Virus record (IMG/VR): IMGVR_UViG_3300005529_000004 | Coordinates: 1 to 64,000 of that record | Reading direction: 5' to 3' (one strand) | DNA: 64,000 nt | DNA from: a virus | In this document: positions 8,422-18,098 of the stretch, piece after piece | How the letters are laid out: each line of letters starts with the position of its first letter | Numbering within the stretch: position 1 is the first letter of the stretch | Position numbers and translations under genes: made by a program | The notes under the pieces: model-generated | What the model was told of the DNA's origin: nothing | The model's input: only the letters and a program-made list of their open reading frames with translations | Databases searched by the model: none

Positions 8422-10224
8422 ATGCCCGAGAAGACGACGCCGAAGCGCGCGACGCGCCGCCCTGCAGCATCCGCCGACAAGCCGCCGAACCTCGATGCGG
8501 CAGCGCAGGCCGTAGCGAAGGCCGTCCGCGAGGAGCCGGGGATCGGCCAGGGCCGCGTCATGAAGGTCCTGTACCTGGACGACCAGGGAAACCCGATCGG
8601 CGAGTGGGCCTCGCAGCAGCTCCCCGAAAACCCGTTCACGGGTCAGATGCAGGGACTGCAGGAGCCTCCCTTCCGCCTGGAACAGCTCGTCTACCTCGCC
8701 GAGAGCCACCCGGTTCACTCCGCCGCGCTGGAGCAGAAGACCGCCGACATCGTCGGTCGCGGCTGGGAGTGGGAGCCGGTGGATGAGCAGGAGGCGCCGG
8801 AGGAGCAGCGCGACGAGATGGCCGAGTGGTTCGAGAGCCTGGCGCCGGACGAGTTCGACATGCGCGAGGTGATCAACGCCGTCTGGCTCGACGTCGAGAC
8901 GACCGGCTGGGGCCTGTTCGAGGTGGCTCGCGATCCGTCCGGCGTGGCGCAGCGCATCTACCACGTCCCGGCGCATACCGTTCGCGCCCACCGCGCGGGC
9001 TTCAAGCTGGCGCAGATCAGGGACGCGCGCAAGGTCTGGTTCCGCCGCTGGGGAGCGGTCGAGGTGGACGGAGCGCCGGTCGAGGTGGACTCGCGGACCG
9101 GCAGCACGTCGAGCGTCAAGATTCCGGCCAACGACCTCTTCATCATCAAGCGCCCGGCGCGGCGCTCCACGTGGTACGGAATCCCCGGCTACGTGTCGTC
9201 GGTCGGCTGGATCGCGCTCGCACTCGCCGTCCGCGATGACAACCTGTTCTTCTTCGCCAACCGACGCGAGCCGCGCTGGGCGATCATCCTGAACAACATC
9301 GCCGACGACCCGAACCTGGAAGAGGACATTCGGCGCGCGTTCACGGTGGACCTGCGGCAGCCGCACCGGAACATCCTCATCCCGATCCAGGGCAACGGCA
9401 CGATCGAGTTCCAGCAGCTTTCGGGCAAGGCGCCACAGGAGGGCAGCTTCGAGAAGCTCGGCGACCGCGCCGACGCTGCGATCATGGTCTCGCACCGCGT
9501 TCCGGCGGAGCGCCTGGCGAACACGAAGACCGGACCGCTCGGCGGCAACGTCGCAGAGTGGGCGAACCGGGTCTACAAGGAGGGCGTGGTCGGGCCGGGC
9601 CAGGAGCTGCTGGCGTCGAGGCTCAACCGCTTCATCTCGGTCGAGTACGCGATTGCCACCGGCGCCAACGGCACGCGCCAGGCGAAGACGCAGAAGGCGA
9701 AGCTGAAGAAGGCACAGGCGTGGAAGCCCGCCTGGTTCATCCAGATGGACGATCTCGACATCGAGACCGACCGCGAGGAGCTGGACCTGGCCGTGATCGC
9801 TTTCCACGGAGACCTCATCACGCTGCGAGAGGCGCGCAACCGGCTGAAGCTCGGGCCGCTGATGGTCCCGAAGCAGGTGCCGATGGTAGACGAGCAGGGC
9901 AACCCGCTGCTCGACCCGGCCACGGGCGAGCCGATGGTCGGCCCGGATACTGGGACGATCGACCCGGCGACCGGCGACGTCATCGCGCCCGAGATGGTCG
10001 AGTCGCCGTACAACGACAAGCTCTTCACCGAGCTGCCGGGAGCCGCAGCGCAGGCCGGACAGCCCGGCGCCGTCCCGACTGGCTCCGGCGGGCTGCTGCA
10101 CAACGCTCGCGGCGATGGCCACGACCCGGCGATGGCGCTCCTCCTCGCGGAGACGCGCGAGTCGCTCGAAGCGTCGCGGAACATCGAGTCGCGAATCGCA
10201 GAGCTGGCTACGCGCGAGGAATGA
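8422..10224 (+). CDS. Portal protein (PBSX/HK97-type)
   Basis: HSAALEQKTADIVGRGW, DVETTGWGLFEVARD, HVPAHTVR, WYGIPGY, HRVPAE and TLREAR; lies between terL and MuF. Confidence 0.9.
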   Translation: MPEKTTPKRATRRPAASADKPPNLDAAAQAVAKAVREEPGIGQGRVMKVLYLDDQGNPIGEWASQQLPENPFTGQMQGLQEPPFRLEQLVYLAESHPVHSAALEQKTADIVGRGWEWEPVDEQEAPEEQRDEMAEWFESLAPDEFDMREVINAVWLDVETTGWGLFEVARDPSGVAQRIYHVPAHTVRAHRAGFKLAQIRDARKVWFRRWGAVEVDGAPVEVDSRTGSTSSVKIPANDLFIIKRPARRSTWYGIPGYVSSVGWIALALAVRDDNLFFFANRREPRWAIILNNIADDPNLEEDIRRAFTVDLRQPHRNILIPIQGNGTIEFQQLSGKAPQEGSFEKLGDRADAAIMVSHRVPAERLANTKTGPLGGNVAEWANRVYKEGVVGPGQELLASRLNRFISVEYAIATGANGTRQAKTQKAKLKKAQAWKPAWFIQMDDLDIETDREELDLAVIAFHGDLITLREARNRLKLGPLMVPKQVPMVDEQGNPLLDPATGEPMVGPDTGTIDPATGDVIAPEMVESPYNDKLFTELPGAAAQAGQPGAVPTGSGGLLHNARGDGHDPAMALLLAETRESLEASRNIESRIAELATREE

Positions 10225-13200
10225 ACCTCGCGGCTGCTCGCGAGCTGAACCGCGAGCACCACCGCATCCTTCGCCGTCGATTCGCCGTCGTCCAGAACGC
10301 AAGCCGCACGCACCGCACGCGGCAGGTGTCCGCCAAGCGGTACGCCACGCTCATCACACACGAGCGGGAGGTGTGGGGCGCTGGGCTGACGCGTATCTCG
10401 GACGACTTCCACTCGAAGCTCGACATCGACGCTGCGATCCAGTACTCCTACACGGAGCAGCGCCCCGGCGTCGTCAAGCGCCTGCTGCGTGCCATCCGCA
10501 AGGCCGACCCGAACCAGCCGCAGGACGGGACGCCGAACAGCCAGGAGGCGCGTGCTCGGCTGATGGCCCAGATCAACGAGGCATCGATGCTCGCCGGTGC
10601 GCTGCAGATGTACCTCGGGATGGCGATGCAGACTGACGCCGCCGCTGGGCAGATCAGCCTGGAGCATCTTGGCATCAACAAGACCTGGGCCTACGCGCAT
10701 CCGCAGAACATGGCGAACGCGCTCTACGCCGTGCGTGGGTCGAAGGTCATCCAGAACCTCTACGGCGACCACGTCGATCGCCTGACCCAGATCATCAACG
10801 AGGCCTGCGACCCACGCCACCCGTGGACGATTCAGCAGGTTCGTCAGAAGATCGCCGCCGAGTGGCCGCAGCTCCAGGCATACCAGGTGGACCGGATCGC
10901 ACGCACGGAGACGGCAGCGGTGTGGACGGCTACGTCGATGAACGCCTACGCCGCGAACGGCATCTCCGGCTGGACGTCCTCAATCGCCACCGGGCCGAGC
11001 ATCGGCATCGACAGCGAGGACCCCTGCGACGAGTGCGTGGAGGCTGCGGAGATGGTCCACACGATGGACGACGACATTCCGCCCTGGCATCCGAACTGCC
11101 GCTGCGAGGCGATCCCCGAGCTGACCGATCCCGAGACCGGGGACGAGTGGCTGCCGCCGGACGAGCCGTTCAATGGCGGAGGACCGGTCACGGTCGAGGG
11201 CACTCCTGCAGCCGACGAGTATGGGCCGCAGACGCAGGGGCCGATCCTGTCGCCGATGCCGGAGCCTGGCGCCCGCTACGCGTCCGGGCCGGGTAGCACG
11301 CTCTCGTCGTCGCCACGCAAGCTGCCGGATGGCTCGCGGGCTGCTGGATACGTGCCGACTTCGACACTCGTGGATGACCTCCGCGCTCAGCTCACGTCCA
11401 CGAACAACCGCATCTCGGGACTGAAGACCCGGCTGAAGAACCTGGACGAGTCGGACGCGCGCTATGCCGAGGTACAGGCGCGGCTGGAGAGCGAGTTTAA
11501 GAAGCGTCAAGAGCTGAAGGACCGGATCGCCGGGAAGACGCCGCCGGTCGAGCGTCCGCTGCCTCCCGAGCGCCCCGGCATTAAGACGGGACGGTCGCCG
11601 GAGGGCAGGCTCCGTAACTTCAAGGCGATGTCCGACGAGAAGCTCAAGGACGTCTGGGATCGCGTCGAGCACGAGGCGAACGATCCCGAGGCTGTCGCTG
11701 CGCTGCGTGCGGAGGGCAAGGCTCGCGGCCTGGATGATCCCTGGGGAGAAACGCCGCCTCCGCCTCCGCCTCCGCCTCCGCCTCCGCCTCCGCCTCCGCC
11801 TCCGCCGATCGAGCCGGTCACGATCGGCGACGACTGGAACGAGACGAAGTTCAACGCCGCGCTCGATCCGCTGGACGGCAACACCGTCCGCATCACGTAT
11901 CAGGGCGGTGGCCAGGTCGAGGGACAGCTCGTCAGGAGCGGGCCGTACTGGACGATCGACGGAGGAACACTCGGCAACGGTCTGGGCGTCGCGAAGATCG
12001 AGATGCGCGGGCCGGATGGCATCTGGCGCTCCGTCGCCGAGAAGCCGCCCGAGCCTGTGCTGCCACCCGAGCCGGACATGACGGCCGACGAGATTCGCGC
12101 CAAGATCACGACCCAGAACAACAAGATCAGCGGACTCAAGACGCGGATCAAGCGCCTGGAGTCGAACGGCGACCGGGACGGGAAGCTGCCCGAGGTGCGG
12201 CAGCGGCTGGCCGACGAGATCGCCGAGCGCGACCGGCTCAAGGGGCTGCTGGAGAAGGCTCCTCCGGCGCCGCGACCGGTCGTCCCGCCAGCGCCGGTGC
12301 CCGTGGCCGTGCCCGCGATGGGCGGCGACCTGTACCAGGCGACGATGGCTGTCCGCAGGCAGCTCATGGACCTGCATCAGGTCACGATCGATGACGCCGG
12401 ACTCGACAGCGTCATCGACCTCGGCACGAGGATTGACGACGCGATCCGCGACGCGATGCCAAAGGACGTCCAGTACGCCTTCGAGGATGCCCAGTCCGCC
12501 TACAACAAGGCCCTCGACGTCCGCGAGGAGACTATGGCGCCGATTGAGGCCGAGTACCGCGCCTCGCAGCAGCAGCTCAGCGCGCTCCATGACGCGACTA
12601 CCCTGCGGCTGTCAAACGGCAAGTACACCCGGTTCCGTGACGTGAGCATGTATCAGGAGCCAGAGCTGCGTCGGGCGATCCTCCACGACCCGGCTGTGGT
12701 GGAGCTGACCGACAAGACCACGGAGCTGAGCAGCGCGTTCTTCCGGCGCTCCCAGGATGAGTGGGCGAAGGTCAACGAGTACAAGGCGAAGGTCGATGCC
12801 ATCGAGGTGGACTACGTGAAGGCGCGACGGCAGGCCATCAAGGACGTCATGTCCCAGATCAGGGACATGGGCAGCGGCGCGGGCGTCCGCGTGAGGTTCG
12901 GGCACTTCCTCCGTGACTCGAAGTCTCGCGAGAGGATTGAGAAGCTGCTCACGAAGGCCCAGGAATACCTGCCCCGTGACTGGATCAGGGACATGCGTGA
13001 GATCGACGCCGGGTCAGCCCGGCGTGGCTACCACCGCAACCAGGGATCGTGGGCAGAGATCAAGGTCTCGAACAGCGACTCGCGGATCGCGGGTGACGGC
13101 AAGGGCCTCTCGACCGCGCTGCACGAGCTGGGGCACGAAGTGGAGGACATGAACTCGCTGGTCGTCCGCCTGGAACGTGCCTACTATCAGCGCCGGACTG

Positions 13201-13415
13201 AGGGCGAAGTGCTCAAGGGCGCTCCAGGCTATGGGCGTGACGAACGCTTCCGCGAGGACAAGTTCAGCGACATCTACATGGGAAAGTACTACGACGGCCG
13301 CAACTACGAGCTGCTGACGATGGGCCTGGAGTCGCTGTTCGAGACGGCGGGTCGCCGGAAGCTCATGGACCTGGATATGCGCCGGTGGCTGCTCGGCGTG
13401 CTGGCTGTCGGCTAG
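10221..13415 (+). CDS. MuF (SPP1 gp7-like) minor head protein with a long C-terminal extension and HExxH metallopeptidase-like domain
   Basis: RIARTE, CDEC and PPWHPNCRC give the MuF signature; poly-Pro linker; C-terminal TALHELGHEVE...YELLTMGLE. Confidence 0.85.
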   Translation: MNLAAARELNREHHRILRRRFAVVQNASRTHRTRQVSAKRYATLITHEREVWGAGLTRISDDFHSKLDIDAAIQYSYTEQRPGVVKRLLRAIRKADPNQPQDGTPNSQEARARLMAQINEASMLAGALQMYLGMAMQTDAAAGQISLEHLGINKTWAYAHPQNMANALYAVRGSKVIQNLYGDHVDRLTQIINEACDPRHPWTIQQVRQKIAAEWPQLQAYQVDRIARTETAAVWTATSMNAYAANGISGWTSSIATGPSIGIDSEDPCDECVEAAEMVHTMDDDIPPWHPNCRCEAIPELTDPETGDEWLPPDEPFNGGGPVTVEGTPAADEYGPQTQGPILSPMPEPGARYASGPGSTLSSSPRKLPDGSRAAGYVPTSTLVDDLRAQLTSTNNRISGLKTRLKNLDESDARYAEVQARLESEFKKRQELKDRIAGKTPPVERPLPPERPGIKTGRSPEGRLRNFKAMSDEKLKDVWDRVEHEANDPEAVAALRAEGKARGLDDPWGETPPPPPPPPPPPPPPPPPPIEPVTIGDDWNETKFNAALDPLDGNTVRITYQGGGQVEGQLVRSGPYWTIDGGTLGNGLGVAKIEMRGPDGIWRSVAEKPPEPVLPPEPDMTADEIRAKITTQNNKISGLKTRIKRLESNGDRDGKLPEVRQRLADEIAERDRLKGLLEKAPPAPRPVVPPAPVPVAVPAMGGDLYQATMAVRRQLMDLHQVTIDDAGLDSVIDLGTRIDDAIRDAMPKDVQYAFEDAQSAYNKALDVREETMAPIEAEYRASQQQLSALHDATTLRLSNGKYTRFRDVSMYQEPELRRAILHDPAVVELTDKTTELSSAFFRRSQDEWAKVNEYKAKVDAIEVDYVKARRQAIKDVMSQIRDMGSGAGVRVRFGHFLRDSKSRERIEKLLTKAQEYLPRDWIRDMREIDAGSARRGYHRNQGSWAEIKVSNSDSRIAGDGKGLSTALHELGHEVEDMNSLVVRLERAYYQRRTEGEVLKGAPGYGRDERFREDKFSDIYMGKYYDGRNYELLTMGLESLFETAGRRKLMDLDMRRWLLGVLAVG
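11753..11807 (+). repeat. (CCGCCT)n hexamer microsatellite encoding about 18 prolines
   Basis: About 9 perfect CCGCCT units, in frame within MuF. Confidence 0.9.
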
Positions 13416-13708
13416 GCGAGCGCGCCGCTTGGGATCGCCAGCTCGTCGGCGATTCCGACTGCGAGAGCCTTGCCCTGGTCATCCAGCTCGACCGTCGCAC
13501 GGCTGTCGAACAGCGAGAGCGCCGTCATGAAGGCATCGGGCGCGGGGCTGGCTGCCGCCTTCACCCAGGGGCCGGTGGGCGTCCAGGCGATCGACGCGCC
13601 CGTGTCCACGAGGTGCCGCGCATCGTCGGAGTCGAAGACGCCGTCCGCCCAGGAGACCTGGGCGTCGGCGCCGTTGATCTTGCCCTTGATCGTGAAGGCT
13701 TCGGCCAT
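13412..13708 (-). CDS. Hypothetical protein (98 aa)
   Basis: Clean ORF, convergent with MuF. Confidence 0.65.
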   Translation of the reverse strand: MAEAFTIKGKINGADAQVSWADGVFDSDDARHLVDTGASIAWTPTGPWVKAAASPAPDAFMTALSLFDSRATVELDDQGKALAVGIADELAIPSGALA

Positions 13709-13713
13709 CAGGA

Positions 13714-14445
13714 TCAGCCTACCAGCTCGCCCGCGAGCAGCTCGGCGTCCTCGGGCAGCTCGGACTTCGCGTTCTCGGCGAGGATCGCGGCCAGCCGGTC
13801 AAGGCCCTCGGCGATCCGCTCGCCTTCGTGTCCGCCGATCAAGCGGGCGGCGCGTGCCTGCTCGCGGGCGCGTGCGGCGCGCTCCTGGCGTCGGGCGATC
13901 CGCGCGGCGTTCCGCTCGCGGCGCTGTTCGGCGGTGCAGATGGTCTCGGCGCCGTCGCGCCGCTCGTGCTGCGAGCCGGTGATCAGGCCGTAGCACTCGG
14001 GGCCGATGCCGCGCTCGATGCTGACCGGATCGGTGAGCGCCCGGCCGCAGCGTCCGCAGGAGCATTCCTCGTAGGCGACGAGGCCCGCCGGAAGCACCTC
14101 GCCTCGGGCGTAGCGGACGAGCTGCTTGGCAGCCCAGATGCGCGCGGGATCGGCGCCGGGCTGCGGGACGAATCCGCGTGCGCGGGTGAACTTGGCGATG
14201 CGGTCGTTCCAGCCGCCGCTCGCGTTGGGAACCTCGAAGAAGACGACGCTGGCCTCGGCGAGGTTGCTGCGCGTCCACCGGGCGCCTTCGCTCTCCGGCG
14301 CCTTCCGCGCCTTCGCGGTCACCGTGAGGTGCGTGCCGCTCGGCGAGAGGAAGGTGACCGTCAGCCGACCTTGCGCCAGCATCCGGCCTGGTCGGGTGTT
14401 CTCGTTGACCTGGAACATTGTGGCCTCCGTTCGGTTGGTCTCCAT
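13714..14445 (-). CDS. DUF6011-like zinc-ribbon protein
   Basis: CGRCGRALTDPVSIERGIGPEC. Start at leaderless ATG 14445 or SD-led ATG 14418. Confidence 0.75.
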   Translation of the reverse strand: METNRTEATMFQVNENTRPGRMLAQGRLTVTFLSPSGTHLTVTAKARKAPESEGARWTRSNLAEASVVFFEVPNASGGWNDRIAKFTRARGFVPQPGADPARIWAAKQLVRYARGEVLPAGLVAYEECSCGRCGRALTDPVSIERGIGPECYGLITGSQHERRDGAETICTAEQRRERNAARIARRQERAARAREQARAARLIGGHEGERIAEGLDRLAAILAENAKSELPEDAELLAGELVG

Positions 14446-14495
14446 ACCCGGATTATCGGGCAGGGCACGACGGATTGTATCCCTCGAACGGGTAG
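14436..14495 (-). repeat. Promoter cassette copy 1 (diverged)
   Basis: Reverse complement CTACCCGTTCGAGGGATacaaTCCGTCgTgCCcTgccCGATAATCCGGGTATGGAGACCA; matches copies at 29995 and 56359. Confidence 0.85.
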
Positions 14496-14498
14496 AGT

Positions 14499-14738
14499 TC
14501 AAGAACGGCGCGGGGAGGCCGAGATGAGCCGTTCCAGCTCCGACTCGACACGAGCGGTCTTCACGATCGCCGCACGATCGGCACCGTGCCTGCGCGCTCG
14601 CTGCTGCCGGACGTCCTCGTAGGCTTCCGCGAGCTGGCGCGAGATTGCCGCCACCTCGTTCTTCGCATCACCAGAGGCCCACAGCTCCTGACGCCGCCGG
14701 GACAGCCGGTCGATACGCGCTAGGAGATCGTCGCTCAT
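14499..14738 (-). CDS. Hypothetical protein (79 aa, helical)
   Basis: Leaderless ATG 7 nt after GGTAGACT. Confidence 0.7.
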   Translation of the reverse strand: MSDDLLARIDRLSRRRQELWASGDAKNEVAAISRQLAEAYEDVRQQRARRHGADRAAIVKTARVESELERLISASPRRS

Positions 14739-14816
14739 ACGGTCGAGTCTACCGAGCCTCCGGCGGCACGTTCTGCAACCAGGAAGGGCGCCGAAGCGCC
14801 CCTCCCGTGTTGCTTG

Positions 14817-15101
14817 CTAGGCGGAAGGACCAGGCGGTCCCGGAGGACCCGGCGGTCCGGTCGGGCCAGGCGGACCCGGCGGTCCGGTCGGGCCTGGCAC
14901 CGGATCGGCCGGGGTCGGCGCCTCGGTGCCGAGGATCGGTGCGAGGTAGCCGCCCGCGAACGAGAGCACGACCGCGAACGCGGCCGCAACGTTCGTCGGC
15001 ACCGTGACCCAGTAGTGGATGGCCCAGAGGATGATCAGGGAGAGCGATCCGCTCAGACCTGCTCCGGCCACCTTCGGGTGGATGTTCAGCTTGCCGTTCA
15101 T
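14817..15101 (-). CDS. Holin-like two-TM membrane protein with a collagen-like tail
   Basis: HPKVAGAG, two hydrophobic helices, and GPTGPPGPPGP repeats. Confidence 0.6.
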   Translation of the reverse strand: MNGKLNIHPKVAGAGLSGSLSLIILWAIHYWVTVPTNVAAAFAVVLSFAGGYLAPILGTEAPTPADPVPGPTGPPGPPGPTGPPGPPGPPGPSA

Positions 15102-15754
15102 GCTTCACCTCCCCTGCGTGTGAGCTTGCGCCGCAGCGCCTCGTCGTGGACGTGTAGGTAGATGGCGGTGGTCTGGAGATTCGCGTGACGGAGCGCCTGC
15201 TGCACCTCCGGCAGAGTGTAGCCTTCCTCGATCAGGGACGTCGCGAACGAGTGGCGGAGGACGTGCGGCGTGCAGATGCCGATGATCCCGGCATCCTCCT
15301 TCGCCTTCTTCAGCAGCCGCTGCAGGTAGCGCGTCGAGACAGGCCTGCCGCTCCGCATCACGAAGATCAGGTTGCTGTTGCCAGCCCAGGCATCACGGAC
15401 CTGGAGCCAGCGGTCGAGCAGCGGCAGCACAATGTCCACGGCGAAGTAGGCGGTGCCGTCGCCGCCCTTCGCGTCGTACAGGCGGATCACACCCTCGCGC
15501 GAGACATCGCGCAGGGCGAGGTTGCAGACCTCTGAGACGCGCAGCCCGGCGTAGTACATGAAGGCGAGCATCGCGACGTTCCGCACGCCGTCCTTTTCAC
15601 TTTGCACAACCTGAAAAAGTCGCTCGGCCTCGACGCCGGAGATGACCTTCGGCAGCTTCCGCTTCTTCCGGCGAGCTGGCTCCCGTACGGTGACAAGATC
15701 GTCAAGCTCCCGTACGGTGACAAGCGGTGACGTCTTTTCGGTGTTCTGCGTCAT
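15098..15754 (-). CDS. Small tyrosine recombinase (XerC/D- or FimB-like, about 218 aa)
   Basis: Catalytic residues in YAGLRVSE, AKGG, HVLRHSFAT and HANLQTTAIY. Confidence 0.92.
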   Translation of the reverse strand: MTQNTEKTSPLVTVRELDDLVTVREPARRKKRKLPKVISGVEAERLFQVVQSEKDGVRNVAMLAFMYYAGLRVSEVCNLALRDVSREGVIRLYDAKGGDGTAYFAVDIVLPLLDRWLQVRDAWAGNSNLIFVMRSGRPVSTRYLQRLLKKAKEDAGIIGICTPHVLRHSFATSLIEEGYTLPEVQQALRHANLQTTAIYLHVHDEALRRKLTRRGGEA

Positions 15755-16224
15755 GGGCGAATGATCGGCGGCATCAGGAGGGCGACGTCGTACTGCAGCG
15801 CCGCCAGCTCGACGTGGCGTGCGAGGATCGAGTCGCCGGGAGGCTTGTAGAATCCGGCCGGGGTCGCGACGGTTCCTCGGTAGCCCTTCTCGTGACGGAT
15901 GACCTCGCCCCAGAGGTAGACCTCGCCGTAGACGAACTGGTGGCCGAAGAACTGCTCCGCGCGCGCCGGGACCTGCATCCCGAACACCGGGAAGTCGTAG
16001 GCGTAGATGCCGCAGGTGTGGATGCGCTCGCCGCCCTCGTAGACCGACCGGCGCGAGCGGCACTTGCACTCCGCCTCCAGCGGCTCACCAACCTGCCAGC
16101 GCGTCTCCTGGGCGTAGACCGACCGCAGCTCCGACTGACCGTCCCTGACGATGATCCTCCACCCTCGATACCCGACGATCGCGTCGATAACGGTGTCGCC
16201 GACGATGATCGGCGCACGCCTCAT
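15751..16224 (-). CDS. Conserved-type Cys/His hypothetical protein
   Basis: GYRGW...LRSV...W...AEC...HTCGIYAY...YGEVYLWGEVIRHEKGYR. Confidence 0.65.
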   Translation of the reverse strand: MRRAPIIVGDTVIDAIVGYRGWRIIVRDGQSELRSVYAQETRWQVGEPLEAECKCRSRRSVYEGGERIHTCGIYAYDFPVFGMQVPARAEQFFGHQFVYGEVYLWGEVIRHEKGYRGTVATPAGFYKPPGDSILARHVELAALQYDVALLMPPIIRP

Positions 16225-16361
16225 GCCGGGACGAGGGCCGGGTCCTCGGCTGGCACTTCGACCGGGTCGAAGTCGGGCGCCAGGTCAGGTTCGGGCACCG
16301 CCTCGGGGAGAGGCTCGGGAGCGACAGTGATGCGCTCAATCTCCTTCCCGATCTCCGCCAT
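16221..16361 (-). CDS. Small acidic Pro-rich peptide (46 aa)
   Basis: MAEIGKEIERITVAPEP...; GGAGG SD upstream; ATGA overlap with the next gene. Confidence 0.6.
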   Translation of the reverse strand: MAEIGKEIERITVAPEPLPEAVPEPDLAPDFDPVEVPAEDPALVPA

Positions 16362-16899
16362 CCGGGTCCACCTCCTCTGCGTCGCCTTCGATGATCTGAG
16401 CCTTGCCGTCTTCACTCAAGTGTACGACCAGCGTCGCGCTGGCCGCAGCTCCAGCGAGGGCGCCGGGCGTTTCGGCGACGGCCTGCTTGAACAGGGACAT
16501 CCCGCCGAGCGCGATGATGTGCTTCACGGCCTCCAGGCGCACGGTCCAGTTGGGCGTCTCGTTCTCGGGCATCGTCGCCTTCAGCGCCTCGCTCAGAAGG
16601 GACTGCGCCTCACGCAGCAGCTCGGCGTGACGGGCCTTGACGCCGGTGAGCAGCGGCTCGATCCGGGCCTGCTGCGCCAGCGCGCGTTCGTCGCGGTAGT
16701 CGCGGTAGTCCTCGCGGCTGCGGAGCACCGACACCTGCTCGCGACGGCACTCCACAGCCTCGGCAATCTCGTCACGGCTCATGCCCATCGCGTCCAGCTC
16801 GGCGATGAGCTTCGCCTGCGCCGTCAGCGGACGGTGCGGTTGAGCCGCGTAGGGCTTGCCCGACGCGGCCGGAAGCCGGTCGGTACGCTTGCGGGGCAT
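16336..16899 (-). CDS. HTH protein, possible terminase small subunit
   Basis: N-terminal HTH (GMSRDEIAEAVECRREQVS), helical middle, acidic tail. Confidence 0.5.
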   Translation of the reverse strand: MPRKRTDRLPAASGKPYAAQPHRPLTAQAKLIAELDAMGMSRDEIAEAVECRREQVSVLRSREDYRDYRDERALAQQARIEPLLTGVKARHAELLREAQSLLSEALKATMPENETPNWTVRLEAVKHIIALGGMSLFKQAVAETPGALAGAAASATLVVHLSEDGKAQIIEGDAEEVDPDGGDREGD

Positions 16900-18098
16900 C
16901 AGTACTCCTGCAGCTCCAGCGGAATCCACTCGGTCATGCCGCGACGCGGGTGGAAGACCAGGAGGTTCTGCGAGGCCGGTGACCCGGCACCGTACTTCTG
17001 GATCGAGTACTCGTCGGGACCCTTGACGGAGCCGTTGACGATGATGCGCTTGTTGTCCACCACGTTCGGCTGGTGGAAGTGGTGCACGAGGAAGTGGTCG
17101 ATACCGCCCGTGATCGCTTCGAACTGCCGCTCCAGCTCGCGCGTCCGGCGCTGCACGCCTCCCCAGGGGATGCCCGGCATGTTCGTCGGGATGCCATCGC
17201 CGTGGAGCATGAAGCAAGTCTGGCCCTGCACCTCGAACCAGGCGTAGGCGCTCTTGGGAATCGTGACCTCGACGCTCGGGTAGTTCGCGAGCTGCAGCTT
17301 GAGCAGGTGGTAGACCATCCAGTCGTAGTTGTCAAAGCGGTTCTTGGCGGTCGGCTTCCGGGTCGTGCGTCCGTGGTTGCCGGTCACGCCGTAGACGCGA
17401 ATCCGCTCGAACAGCGGGACGAGCCGCTCGATGAACCGGGCGCCGTCCATGCCCAGGTCGAGCGCCGTCTCCATGATGACCTTCTCGTTCGTGATCTTCA
17501 GCTCGTCGTGGATGTCGCCCGTGACCATGTCGCCGCCCATCGCGATCACCAGCTCGGGGATCGGGTACGGGCGGTTGCGCTTGAAGGACTCGATCGCGCG
17601 GATGATCTGGTCGTGGCGCCGGAGCATGATGCCCCAGTCGTACTCGTTGACGCCGCCCATCTGGTCGAGGAAGACCTGCTCGCCAGCGTGCAGGTCCGAC
17701 CATTGCAGGACGAATGAGTGCGGAGTGAACTTCGGCTCGTGCTTGAGCGGTGGCCGTGGCGTGTAACGCACCTCCAGCGCGGGGATGCGCTGCTCCAGCA
17801 GCCGAAGAATCCGCTCGTCACGGACGGCGCTCTTGCGCGCCTGGTTGAGCGACGCCAGCAGCTCCTGGTTCTCCTGCTGCAGCATCTCCTCGGTGTTGAC
17901 CTCGCCCTCGCGCACGCGCGACACACCGCCGGGTCCGCGAGGAGATGACCGCACGCGATTCGACGTCCGCTTGGCGCAGGCTGGCGAGTGGAACTTCTGC
18001 GTCGAGCGAGTCGGCGTGAAGGTCTCATCGCAGTCGGGCGCGGCGCAAACCTGCTGCGCCGCGCCCTCCGTCGATCCGCTAGAACGCGGGGTCATCAC
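16899..18098 (-). CDS. Calcineurin-like metallophosphoesterase with an N-terminal zinc finger
   Basis: SDLH, GGDMVTGDIH, GNHGR, HGD and HHFH; CAAPDC...HSPAC at the N-terminus. Confidence 0.85.
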   Translation of the reverse strand: MMTPRSSGSTEGAAQQVCAAPDCDETFTPTRSTQKFHSPACAKRTSNRVRSSPRGPGGVSRVREGEVNTEEMLQQENQELLASLNQARKSAVRDERILRLLEQRIPALEVRYTPRPPLKHEPKFTPHSFVLQWSDLHAGEQVFLDQMGGVNEYDWGIMLRRHDQIIRAIESFKRNRPYPIPELVIAMGGDMVTGDIHDELKITNEKVIMETALDLGMDGARFIERLVPLFERIRVYGVTGNHGRTTRKPTAKNRFDNYDWMVYHLLKLQLANYPSVEVTIPKSAYAWFEVQGQTCFMLHGDGIPTNMPGIPWGGVQRRTRELERQFEAITGGIDHFLVHHFHQPNVVDNKRIIVNGSVKGPDEYSIQKYGAGSPASQNLLVFHPRRGMTEWIPLELQEY

